A stretch of 43,526 nucleotides of DNA, from contig JAZDMF010000312.1 in assembly GCA_043801235.1 (NCBI GenBank), forward strand, positions 1 to 43,526, written 5' to 3'. The stretch is from Bacteroidota bacterium (GTDB lineage: Bacteria > Bacteroidota > Bacteroidia > Bacteroidales > CG2-30-32-10). The notes under the pieces were generated by a model that was given only the letters and a program-made list of their open reading frames with translations, made no database searches and was not told the origin of the DNA. This document shows, in pieces, positions 9,643-17,685 of the stretch. Position 1 is the first letter of the stretch. Each line of letters starts with the position of its first letter. The position numbers and the translations under genes were made by a program.

Positions 9643-10297
9643 GCTGGAAAAATACATCCATAGCAATCGTTCTAAGTTCGACGATGCTGATCCATCTGAT
9701 GAGGTATGGAATAAAATTTCGGACAATCTTGAAATAAAATCCCGAAATAAAATTCACTGGCTGAGCATTGCATGGCAGGCCGCCGCTGCAATACTAATTT
9801 TCTTTACCGCATGGTATATGAAAGATATAATGAACAGCAGCCATACATCCCTTGCAACAGCAGTTAGAAAGAACATTCAACTGCATCCGCTTGTAAAAAT
9901 TATTAAACAAAACATTGAACCTGAACAAAAGCAAATCACAAATTATGCTTATGCCATAACGAACAATACAACCTCTGTGAAAGCGCAGAATAATGACACC
10001 CTCCCTTCAGAACTGATTGAAGCCACCCGGTATTATGCAGAGCAGATAAGCCAAACCCGGATCCTTATCATGAACTGTGCAAGTTATAATACCGAGATTG
10101 GCCAGCAGGTAAATGTTGAATTTGCACAGCTTGATACGGTATATAAGTCGCTTAGCAACGACCTAAAGGATAATATCAACAACAGCGAGGTACTGGAAGC
10201 TATGATACTGAATTACCGCATACGCCTTGAGATACTTGAAAGCATCATGCAGCAGCTCGAAACGACTGCCGACTGCTATGAGAAAAATAAGAATTAA
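9629..10297 (+). CDS. putative membrane-anchored anti-sigma factor
   Basis: Overlaps the sigma gene by 14 nt. Short cytoplasmic N-terminus, a single TM (WLSIAWQAAAAILIFFTAWYM) and a helical periplasmic part. The call rests on position and topology. Confidence 0.6.
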   Translation: MKEDKLEKYIHSNRSKFDDADPSDEVWNKISDNLEIKSRNKIHWLSIAWQAAAAILIFFTAWYMKDIMNSSHTSLATAVRKNIQLHPLVKIIKQNIEPEQKQITNYAYAITNNTTSVKAQNNDTLPSELIEATRYYAEQISQTRILIMNCASYNTEIGQQVNVEFAQLDTVYKSLSNDLKDNINNSEVLEAMILNYRIRLEILESIMQQLETTADCYEKNKN

Positions 10298-10349
10298 GAA
10301 ATATGATGCGATAATATTTTAAAAGTGAAATAATTAAAAAATTCGTATA

Positions 10350-11435
10350 ATGAAAATACTAGCCCTGTTTACAGCACTCTTTTTTTATACAACATTATTC
10401 GCCCAACCTTATGAGCGTACAAAATCCCTGATGAAATCATTTGTCGTTACCAAAGATTGCTCAGTTCAGATTTCCAATAAATACGGCGACGTGCAGATTG
10501 TGCCGTGGGACAAGGATTCTGTAAAATTTGAAATTAATGTGAAGGTAGTGAACAAAAAGGAAGACGATGCCATAAAGAAAATTAACAACATTGATTTCAG
10601 TTTTACATCCACTCCTTATTATGTAATTGCAAAAACAGTTTTTCTGGATAGCAAGACCGGTATACTGAACGACATTGGGGATATGGCTGGTTCTATCATA
10701 AGTTCAGGAAACTATGTGAATATTACTTATGTTGTTTCTATTCCTTCAGTAAATGCTTTAACAATAGACAACAAGTACGGAAATGTTTACACCACCGATC
10801 ACAGCAACTCATTTCAACTTACCCTTTCAAATGGTGATTTCAAAGCCAACAATCTGACAGGCAGTAGTAAAATAAATATTTCATTTGGCAATGCATCAGT
10901 TAATGAAATTGTGAAAGGCAGCATAGAGGCATCTTATGTTGAATTTGAAATTAAAAAAGCGGAAAAACTAAGCATCATTGGCCGTTCATCAAAGTTTAAC
11001 ATAGTTAACGCAGAGAGTCTGGAACTCGATTCGAAACGCGATAAATTTTATGTTGATACACTTTCGTATCTGAGCGGAAAAACTGATTTTACATATATTA
11101 ATGCTGGAATATTAAAATCGCAGATCAATTTAAATATATCTTTTGGCGACCTTCTTGTTCAGGAGCTTTCAAGCGATTTTAAAAGCATGAACCTTGTTTC
11201 GAGTTATACTGATATCACGCTGTCCATTCCTTCAGGATTTTCATCAACGGCTGATATTACCTATAAAAAAATGGAAATGACCTATCCGCCAAGCATGACA
11301 GGACTTCAGAAAGAAATTGTAAACGAAAGCTCCGATACTTTTAAATTAAAAGGCACAATAGGCAGTGATACCACAAGTACAAATAGCATCCTTGTAAATG
11401 CCAACAGCGGAAGTCTTACGATCATTTCGAAATAG
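10350..11435 (+). CDS. secreted beta-strand-repeat protein, DUF4097-like (putative adhesin fold)
   Basis: Signal peptide. Repeated N(K)YG(D/N)V..., GN(A/G)S(V/L) strand units. Common third gene of ECF/anti-sigma operons. Confidence 0.6.
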   Translation: MKILALFTALFFYTTLFAQPYERTKSLMKSFVVTKDCSVQISNKYGDVQIVPWDKDSVKFEINVKVVNKKEDDAIKKINNIDFSFTSTPYYVIAKTVFLDSKTGILNDIGDMAGSIISSGNYVNITYVVSIPSVNALTIDNKYGNVYTTDHSNSFQLTLSNGDFKANNLTGSSKINISFGNASVNEIVKGSIEASYVEFEIKKAEKLSIIGRSSKFNIVNAESLELDSKRDKFYVDTLSYLSGKTDFTYINAGILKSQINLNISFGDLLVQELSSDFKSMNLVSSYTDITLSIPSGFSSTADITYKKMEMTYPPSMTGLQKEIVNESSDTFKLKGTIGSDTTSTNSILVNANSGSLTIISK

Positions 11436-11567
11436 TCAAAAATAATTTTCTCGCTGATTAACCCAGAAAAATTCGCAGACAGCGCAGATAAAAATAATTT
11501 TCACACAAAGCCGCAAAGGGTTTTTTGCATCCTCGCTGTTTCTCCCATTCCCCGTTTCATTTTTTTA

Positions 11568-11611
11568 TTGCCTATGGTGCCAACTGCCAATTGTCTACCG
11601 AGAACTGAAAT
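11568..11611. repeat. degenerate YTGCCNA heptad array after a T-run
   Basis: TTGCCTA, a 2-nt phase slip, then CTGCCAA TTGTCTA CCGAGAA CTGAAAT, preceded by TTTTTTTAT. Confidence 0.65.
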
Positions 11612-11641
11612 TATTTTATAATAAAAAATGTACCCCAAAAT

Positions 11642-11676
11642 TGCAACCCTTTGAAATTTTATTTGTCTTTTATTTC
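11642..11676 (+). promoter_or_regulatory. second ECF-type promoter, upstream of the GIN-domain gene
   Basis: TGCAACCCTTT, an 11-nt spacer, then TGTCTTTTATTTC. The -35 block is identical 11/11 and the -10 block 12/13 to the 9021-9055 promoter, with the same spacing. Confidence 0.65.
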
Positions 11677-11726
11677 AGAGACGTTAAAATCTTAAATCTG
11701 AAATAAATAAATCTAAAATGTATTTT

Positions 11727-12449
11727 ATGAAAACCACAGCTATACTTTTATTCTCATCAGCGCTGGTAAGCTTTGTATACCTTACATCATGCACCAATTT
11801 TCATGCGATAGAGGGAAACCATAATGTGGTGACTGAGACACGCAACATTTCTTCATTTACGGAATTACGTTCGGAAGGCTCATATGATGTTTATTTAATT
11901 CACGATAGTGTTTTTTATGCGCAGGTAGAAGCGGAAGAAAATCTTCTGCCTTATATTATTACTGAAATTTCAGGGGGAGAACTTGTAATTAAAACGCATG
12001 AACACAAAAATTTAAAAAATCATACTACGATAAAAATCTTTGTGCATGCTCCTTCGGCAAATTCATTAACGCTGGAAGGAAGCGGGAAAATAGATTGTGA
12101 TAGTATCTCGGAAGATAATCTGAAAATTTTTCTCGACGGTTCAGGAAATATTTTTCTTGGTAAAGCGGAATGTGATAAAATCAAAACAAAAATTTCCGGT
12201 TCAGGTGAAGTTGATTTATCGGGTACTGCCAATGAAACAGATTTTAATATCAGTGGTTCTGGAGATATTAATTCTTACAACTTAGTTCAGGATACTTGTT
12301 ACGCTGATATTTCCGGTTCAGGCGACATGTATATTAATGTAAATAAATTTCTTGATGTTCACATTACAGGCAGCGGTACGGTTCATTACTATGGCACTCC
12401 AGTTGTGAATAGTGATATTACAGGTTCGGGTATGGTGATTCATGAATAA
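11727..12449 (+). CDS. head GIN-domain (DUF2807-like) putative adhesin-fold lipoprotein
   Basis: Signal/lipobox LTSC. Seven GSG-containing strand repeats (GSGKIDC, GSGNIFL, GSGEVDL, GSGDINS, GSGDMYI, GSGTVHY, GSGMVIH). An ATG 9 nt upstream (11718) is an alternative start. Confidence 0.75.
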   Translation: MKTTAILLFSSALVSFVYLTSCTNFHAIEGNHNVVTETRNISSFTELRSEGSYDVYLIHDSVFYAQVEAEENLLPYIITEISGGELVIKTHEHKNLKNHTTIKIFVHAPSANSLTLEGSGKIDCDSISEDNLKIFLDGSGNIFLGKAECDKIKTKISGSGEVDLSGTANETDFNISGSGDINSYNLVQDTCYADISGSGDMYINVNKFLDVHITGSGTVHYYGTPVVNSDITGSGMVIHE

Positions 12450-12517
12450 TTTATAAATGCAGAGTTCGGAATTATGAATGCAGAATTAAAAGAATTTCCT
12501 GGAAGTTGCACAGCAAC

Positions 12518-12549
12518 TGATGACTTAATGACCATTGACCAATGACTAA
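12518..12549. repeat. period-7/8 tract with a recurring TGAC core
   Basis: TGAC at 12521, 12529, 12536 and 12543. The tract overlaps the first ATG (12542) of the ORF-track model. Confidence 0.5.
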
Positions 12550-12559
12550 TTTATATTTT

Positions 12560-13054
12560 ATGAAAAAACTTTTAATCTTTCTTCTGTTTCCTCTTATTGC
12601 AAATGCTCAGGATTATCGCGGAGCCATAGGCATAAGGGGAGGTGAGAGCGCTGGCATTTCGGTGCAATTGTTCAATGACGAAAATATTGCAGTGCAGGGC
12701 CTGTTGAGTTTTCGCAGATCGGGGATGCAATTCACGGTGTTAACGGAAAAATATATGCCGGTGCTTTTGAAATATTCTGATCATATTTTTCTTTATCAGG
12801 GATATGGCGGGCATATTGGTTTCGAGCGCTGGTACAAATGGAAAGACGGCGACTGGCCCGATTACAACCATCGTATGCGCACCTCGCCGCTTATCGGAAT
12901 TGATGGTGTTGTTGGTTTGGAATACCGTTTATTCAAATTTCCGATGAAGTTCGGGGTGGAATACAAACCCTTTGCCGAGTTAAGCCTGCACAATGTATTC
13001 AGACTTAATTTGTGGGATTTCGGAGTAACAGTTCATTATACGTTTAACAAATAA
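12560..13054 (+). CDS. small outer-membrane beta-barrel-like protein
   Basis: Signal peptide MKKLLIFLLFPLIANAQ, alternating hydrophobic strands, Gly/aromatic rich. Start moved from 12542, which lies in the repeat tract, to the MKK start. Confidence 0.55.
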   Translation: MKKLLIFLLFPLIANAQDYRGAIGIRGGESAGISVQLFNDENIAVQGLLSFRRSGMQFTVLTEKYMPVLLKYSDHIFLYQGYGGHIGFERWYKWKDGDWPDYNHRMRTSPLIGIDGVVGLEYRLFKFPMKFGVEYKPFAELSLHNVFRLNLWDFGVTVHYTFNK

Positions 13055-13065
13055 AAAATATATCT

Positions 13066-13680
13066 ATGAAAAAAATTGTCTTTTTAACCATTATGCTGTT
13101 CGCCACAACCATAGTGTTGGCGCAGGACAAAAACGATTCACTCAAAAAGAAAAATGAAATAAAAACCGTTTTCGGAAATAAAAAAGTTCCGCAGGGTGTT
13201 TATTTCGGTTTTTCGGTAGGTTATAGTATTATTAAAGATAAAGATGCTTTCACATCTGGTGCCAGGCTGATGTGGGTCATTGGACATAGCTTTGCATGGG
13301 GTTTGGCTGGAAGCGGATTTGCCAATAATTTTCATAGTGATGCAGGTTCCAGCCTCCAAGGCGGATATGGCGGACTGATGTTCGAGCCCATACTTCTTCC
13401 TAAATATCCGGTGCATCTTTCGTTTCCTGTGATGCTTGCAGCAGGTGGAGTTGCAAAAGTAAATGCAGATATGTGGGAATCCGACTATATGGCTGATGAT
13501 GACGATGCTTTCTTTATTGCCGAACCTGGTGTCGAACTCGAAATGAACCTGTTGAAATTTGTTCGCCTGAGTGTGGGTGTCACATACCGCTTCACTACTG
13601 ATATCTATCTCGCCAATGAAAGCCATGATGTTCTCAATGGCCTGAATACCATGGTAAGCCTGAAGTTTGGCAAATTCTGA
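13066..13680 (+). CDS. secreted hypothetical protein, outer-membrane-like (C-terminal Phe)
   Basis: Signal peptide MKKIVFLTIMLFATTIVLAQ, Gly-rich amphipathic segments, C-terminus SLKFGKF. Preferred over the antisense ORF 13138-13722. Confidence 0.55.
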   Translation: MKKIVFLTIMLFATTIVLAQDKNDSLKKKNEIKTVFGNKKVPQGVYFGFSVGYSIIKDKDAFTSGARLMWVIGHSFAWGLAGSGFANNFHSDAGSSLQGGYGGLMFEPILLPKYPVHLSFPVMLAAGGVAKVNADMWESDYMADDDDAFFIAEPGVELEMNLLKFVRLSVGVTYRFTTDIYLANESHDVLNGLNTMVSLKFGKF

Positions 13681-13693
13681 ACTTCGGAGCAAT

Positions 13694-13737
13694 AAAAAAG
13701 AATAATCCAGCGAGCAGTTCACTGGATTATTTTTTTA
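13694..13737. terminator. bidirectional hairpin terminator between convergent genes
   Basis: AAAAAAG then a 10-bp perfect stem AATAATCCAG (13701-13710) / CTGGATTATT (13722-13731), an 11-nt loop and a T-run. A-run on one side and T-run on the other. Confidence 0.8.
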
Positions 13738-14097
13738 CATACCGCCTTTTTTGCAGCAGGCCGGAAGTTTTTCATATGCTTTCGGATCTGCAAGAACAGA
13801 GTCAGCATCGTAACCGATCTTCGATATTGCCTGTCTCAACTTGTCAGGATCAGTCTTATCGGTTTTGTAAACGATCGTGCAAATCCTGGAGTCAACATCC
13901 AGCACCACTTCTACTACGCCTTTTTCATAGGCCATGTTCGATTCAATTCTTGTCTTGCACATTCCGCATACGGCCGATGTCAGTATCTTCACAGTATCAG
14001 TTTTTGCTGATGTCTGTGCATTTGAATATCCGTTCAACAGAAATATTGCAATGACAAATAGCATTACACTTTTCATTTTTCCTTTTAGAGTTTTCAT
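13735..14097 (-). CDS. exported heavy-metal-associated (HMA) domain protein with a C-terminal CC motif
   Basis: Signal peptide, HMA metal site AVCGMCKTRIE, C-terminal PACCKKGGM. Start set at MKTLKG because its context AATATGAAAAC matches the start of the neighbouring HMA gene. The ORF extends to the ATG at 14127. Confidence 0.75.
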   Translation of the reverse strand: MKTLKGKMKSVMLFVIAIFLLNGYSNAQTSAKTDTVKILTSAVCGMCKTRIESNMAYEKGVVEVVLDVDSRICTIVYKTDKTDPDKLRQAISKIGYDADSVLADPKAYEKLPACCKKGGM

Positions 14098-14193
14098 ATT
14101 ATTTGTTTTTTGAAATAAAAATTTCATTTGTTATTAGTTACATGTTGCTGGTTTCTGGTTTGTCTTCGCCCTTTTGCTGTTTAACTTTTTTTA

Positions 14194-14228
14194 TTGCCAA
14201 CTGCCAATTGCCTACTGCGGACTGATTA
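14194..14228. repeat. YTGCCNA heptad array, 5 units
   Basis: TTGCCAA CTGCCAA TTGCCTA CTGCGGA CTGATTA, preceded by TTTTTTTAT. Confidence 0.8.
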
Positions 14229-14251
14229 CCCTTCACCGATTATTTTTTGTT

Positions 14252-14461
14252 TTACTTATCTTCAGGAAACCCCCATTCCTCAAGCACTCCGCGAAATATT
14301 TTTGGCATGATGTCATCTCCATCGAACTTTATGGTAACTGATTTTGTTGCCAGGTCTGCTACAACTGAGCTCACACCATCTATCTCTGAAATAGCATTTT
14401 CAACATTTCTTTTGCAGCCGCCGCAGTCCATGTTCTTTACTTTTATGATTTCTGTTTTCAT
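14252..14461 (-). CDS. small cytoplasmic HMA-domain metallochaperone-like protein
   Basis: 69 aa. MDCGGCKRNVENA metal-binding motif at the canonical position of a ferredoxin-like HMA fold. Confidence 0.85.
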   Translation of the reverse strand: MKTEIIKVKNMDCGGCKRNVENAISEIDGVSSVVADLATKSVTIKFDGDDIMPKIFRGVLEEWGFPEDK

Positions 14462-14664
14462 ATTAAGTTAGTTTTATAATTTTGATACTGGTTGCTGATT
14501 TCTGGCTCCTTGTTACTGTTAACCGATCACTTGTCTGCGTTCACCCATTATCAGCTTCTAATGATTTTACTATTCTTTACAACAAAGACACTTAGAACAC
14601 TGAAGTTCACTGAGTTTTTTTTTATAATTCAATTTATTTTTCGGTTTTACTAAAAAAAAAATTT

Positions 14665-14692
14665 ATGCCTACTGCCGACTGAAGACTGCCAA
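14665..14692. repeat. YTGCCNA heptad array, 4 units
   Basis: ATGCCTA CTGCCGA CTGAAGA CTGCCAA. Confidence 0.75.
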
Positions 14693-14774
14693 CTTTTTCT
14701 TTTTCTCTTTTTCGCATCATCGCATTTTAACTATATCGCCCATTTGCCCTTTCTCTGTTTCAATTGTTTTTTTA

Positions 14775-14802
14775 TTGCCTACTGAGGACTGCCTACTATT
14801 AA
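14775..14802. repeat. YTGCCNA heptad array, 4 units
   Basis: TTGCCTA CTGAGGA CTGCCTA CTATTAA, preceded by TTTTTTTAT. Confidence 0.75.
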
Positions 14803-14878
14803 TTTCTCGCGACTTCGCTATTTTGCTCTGTCGCCATTTCGTCCATTCTTTCATTCTCCGATTCTTTTAAATATAATT

Positions 14879-17101
14879 TCAATCACTTTTCAGAGTCAGC
14901 CTGATTCCTGCATAGAACATTCTGCCGGCAATTGGACCCCAAACAATCGATGTGTCAAAATGACTGCCGAATGGATCTTCTGCAGCAATTATGGGGTCTC
15001 TTTGTGTGAAGTCGGTCAGGTTTTCTCCACCAATATAAAAATCCCAACGTTTATATCTTTTGGTAACCTGTGCATACAGCAGGGTATATGCCGGGCTTTC
15101 GGATGGCCGCTGGTACTGCTCAGGATTGTTACCGGTATAGGGCAACCTGCTGCTTCCGTTAAAATGCGCCGTGAAATCAAACTGCCATTTTTTTAAATTT
15201 GTTGCATATGATAAAGACAAAAGTGCTTTGTAACGACTGGTAAACGGCTTTTCCTGGAATTGATCATTGATAGTTGTTTTCACATCATTGTAACGGAAAG
15301 CTGTTGTTATATCAAAACGTTTCATGGGCTGAAAGGTGAATTCGGTCTGTAAACTGTTCGAATAGGATTTGCCCTGAAGGTTGTAAAAATAAATAGTTGA
15401 GGAATTTTTATCCATATCAACGATAACCTGATTTATGAAATCGGTGCGGAAGAAATCTAACGTAAATGTTGCATCGCGTTTTGAGATTTTCATACTTCTC
15501 ATATAGCTGATGCCGTAATTCCATGCCTGCTCCGGTTTCAGATCTTCTTCAAAAACAAGTTTACGCGAACTGGCTAAAACAGCAGAATTTTCAGGCAGGA
15601 CGTTTGCAATGCGATAGCCCTTTCCCACGGAACCCCGAAGTGTGTTGAATTCATTCAGGTTATACCTGAAATGCATGCGGGGAGTTATGAACAGGCCATA
15701 TTTGCTGTTATGGTCGGCACGGATTCCTGCAATACCGGTGAATATCTCCATGTATGAGTATGTATATTGTGTGAAAACACCAGGAACAGATTCGCTTTTC
15801 TTAAATGATGAATCGTTAAGGGTCTCAGAAATATTATCCAGAATATAGCTGAATCCGCTGGTTATTTTATGATTGGGATTTCCAAAATGATCGGCATAAA
15901 GGAGATTGATGTAAAGATTCTTTTCTGTACCATCGTATTTATTTAACCCGTAAAAAGAATTCTGCCGGTGATAGGATCCGCTAAGCATGGTTCCTATACT
16001 TCTTCCTTCTTTTGCAAACAGGATTCCATTTTTGGTATAGAACTGGTAACGGCGGGTGCGCACATTAATCCCGTAATTCAATGTGTCACCAAAATCCATT
16101 GGCCATGATGATTTGATCTGGCCGCTGACCCTGTTCTCGTCAAGAATCAATAGTGAAGTTCTGCTTTCTAGTTTTCCGGGGATGCGATAATTCCAGCGGT
16201 TCATTAAATTCAACTGGCGGATATGAGGCACATCAAGGAAACCATCTTCATTCATGTCGACAGGTTTCTCGTGATTCTCACCGTGAACAAAAAACATGGT
16301 ACTGAGATTCTCTTTGATTTTGGCCTTCGTATTCATATTCAGTTCCATGCGTCCTTCGCTGTTTCCGAAAATATTAAGGAAAAACTTTTCTTTGTTTTCT
16401 TCAGGATTCTTGTAGTCAATATTTATCTGGCCGGTAATTGATTCATATCCGTTGATTACCGATGATGTACCCTTTGATACCTGTATGGCATCCATCCATG
16501 GTCCGGGAACATAGCCCAGTCCGTAGGTGGTGGCCAGCCCGCGTATGGCAGGAAGGTTTTCAATCAGGATCTGACTGTATATTCCTGCAAGCCCGAGCAT
16601 CTGAATTTGCTTTGCCCCGGAAACAGCATCGGAATAATTGATGTCAACCGTGGCGCTGTTCTGAAAACTTTCGGAGAGGTTGCAGCATGCAGCTTTCTGA
16701 AGGCCTGCACCTGTTATTACTGTAGTGTTCAGCGGTTTGATTTTCGAAAAATAAGAACCTGCCAGATCTCCTGTTATTACTAATTCCTTGAGCTCAGAGT
16801 TTGTGGTAAGAAAAATTTTTATTTCAATCTGATCAGCAGAAATACTGATTGTGTCTGTCATGTAACCGATATAACTTACAATAATTTTATTGTCAGTTGT
16901 ACTGATTTTTTTCAGAGTGAATTCGCCCTTGTTATCTGTAATTGTTCCGTAAGTCGTACCAATCCAGCGGATACTGGCACCCGGAAGAGGAACAAGGTTT
17001 TTATCATTGTCAAATTCTTTTATAGAGCCCAGCAGCGTTTGCGCCTGCAAAACAGGATATATAATAAATAAAAAAAATAAAATATTGATAATTCTTTTCA
17101 T
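14879..17101 (-). CDS. TonB-dependent receptor with an N-terminal carboxypeptidase-regulatory-like domain
   Basis: 740 aa. Signal peptide, CarbopepD_reg-like start (PLPGASIRWIGTTYGTITDNKGEFTLKK), plug region (SKGTSSVINGYESITGQINI), long beta-barrel. Confidence 0.85.
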   Translation of the reverse strand: MKRIINILFFLFIIYPVLQAQTLLGSIKEFDNDKNLVPLPGASIRWIGTTYGTITDNKGEFTLKKISTTDNKIIVSYIGYMTDTISISADQIEIKIFLTTNSELKELVITGDLAGSYFSKIKPLNTTVITGAGLQKAACCNLSESFQNSATVDINYSDAVSGAKQIQMLGLAGIYSQILIENLPAIRGLATTYGLGYVPGPWMDAIQVSKGTSSVINGYESITGQINIDYKNPEENKEKFFLNIFGNSEGRMELNMNTKAKIKENLSTMFFVHGENHEKPVDMNEDGFLDVPHIRQLNLMNRWNYRIPGKLESRTSLLILDENRVSGQIKSSWPMDFGDTLNYGINVRTRRYQFYTKNGILFAKEGRSIGTMLSGSYHRQNSFYGLNKYDGTEKNLYINLLYADHFGNPNHKITSGFSYILDNISETLNDSSFKKSESVPGVFTQYTYSYMEIFTGIAGIRADHNSKYGLFITPRMHFRYNLNEFNTLRGSVGKGYRIANVLPENSAVLASSRKLVFEEDLKPEQAWNYGISYMRSMKISKRDATFTLDFFRTDFINQVIVDMDKNSSTIYFYNLQGKSYSNSLQTEFTFQPMKRFDITTAFRYNDVKTTINDQFQEKPFTSRYKALLSLSYATNLKKWQFDFTAHFNGSSRLPYTGNNPEQYQRPSESPAYTLLYAQVTKRYKRWDFYIGGENLTDFTQRDPIIAAEDPFGSHFDTSIVWGPIAGRMFYAGIRLTLKSD

Positions 17102-17155
17102 AAAACCCCCATAATTTAAAAAAATAATTCGGATAAAAGACGGAAAGAAGTTGTA

Positions 17156-17599
17156 TCAGAGCAGAAAAGAAGAATGTAATATATAAATTGATGTGACCGC
17201 TTTTCCAGGCGGCCTGGAGCTTTCATATGAATTACAAAGGGCAGATATTTCTGGTTTTAAAAGTTGGTGAGATACGAATACAGTATCCAAAACTGATATT
17301 TGAAATTTTATTTTCTCAAGAAAAGAATAGAAAACGGGCGATTTGAAAAACCTGACTACATGCCTGCATCCTGTATTTTCAGGATGATGAGTGTTGCCGG
17401 AGCTGCAACATGATTTTTCAACGGAGCAACAACTGCAATCACCGTATTTTTCTGTTTGACCCGATAAATTCAGACATGAAATTTCTGCAGGCATCTCTGT
17501 TTCGCTCGAACACAGGCATTGATACAGCACCACTCCATTACCTGAAACAAGAATTATGCAAAGCAGAATATATAAAATTGTATTTTTAATAAAACTCAT
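17156..17599 (-). CDS. Cys-rich single-pass membrane protein (resembles what I recall as the HYC_CC_PP family)
   Basis: N-terminal TM, then LYQCLC, a CSCCSVEKSCCSS cluster, HHPENTGCRH and a later RPPGK motif. Sits directly upstream of the TonB-dependent receptor. Confidence 0.55.
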   Translation of the reverse strand: MSFIKNTILYILLCIILVSGNGVVLYQCLCSSETEMPAEISCLNLSGQTEKYGDCSCCSVEKSCCSSGNTHHPENTGCRHVVRFFKSPVFYSFLEKIKFQISVLDTVFVSHQLLKPEISALCNSYESSRPPGKAVTSIYILHSSFLL

Positions 17600-17619
17600 T
17601 ATCGCCGGTATTCTGATTG

Positions 17620-17627
17620 CAAAGATA
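17620..17627 (-). promoter_or_regulatory. candidate Bacteroidota -7 box (TATCTTTG)
   Basis: Matches TAnnTTTG on the minus strand, 20 nt upstream of the ATG at 17599. No convincing -33 TTTG. Confidence 0.3.
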
Positions 17628-17685
17628 CGTCATCCGCGTCATGAAATATTTTTTTTAACAATGGTTTAACAAAAAAGAAGGGATG

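Noticed and set aside
11568-11590. Sigma-54 promoter on the minus strand (TGGCAC CATAG GCAAT), and TGGCAT at 2831
   Set aside because: The -24 element matches, but the -12 TTGC element is missing at the required spacing. No gap in the window has a complete TGGCAC-N5-TTGC.
13138-13722. 194-aa minus-strand ORF opposite 13066-13680
   Set aside because: The plus-strand frame has a clean signal peptide and an outer-membrane-type C-terminal Phe. The minus-strand frame has neither, and it reads through the bidirectional terminator.
4865-14802. CRISPR array as an explanation for the tandem repeats
   Set aside because: The repeat period is 7 nt with no spacers, and tracts are 28-50 nt long. That is incompatible with CRISPR repeat-spacer architecture, and no cas genes are present.
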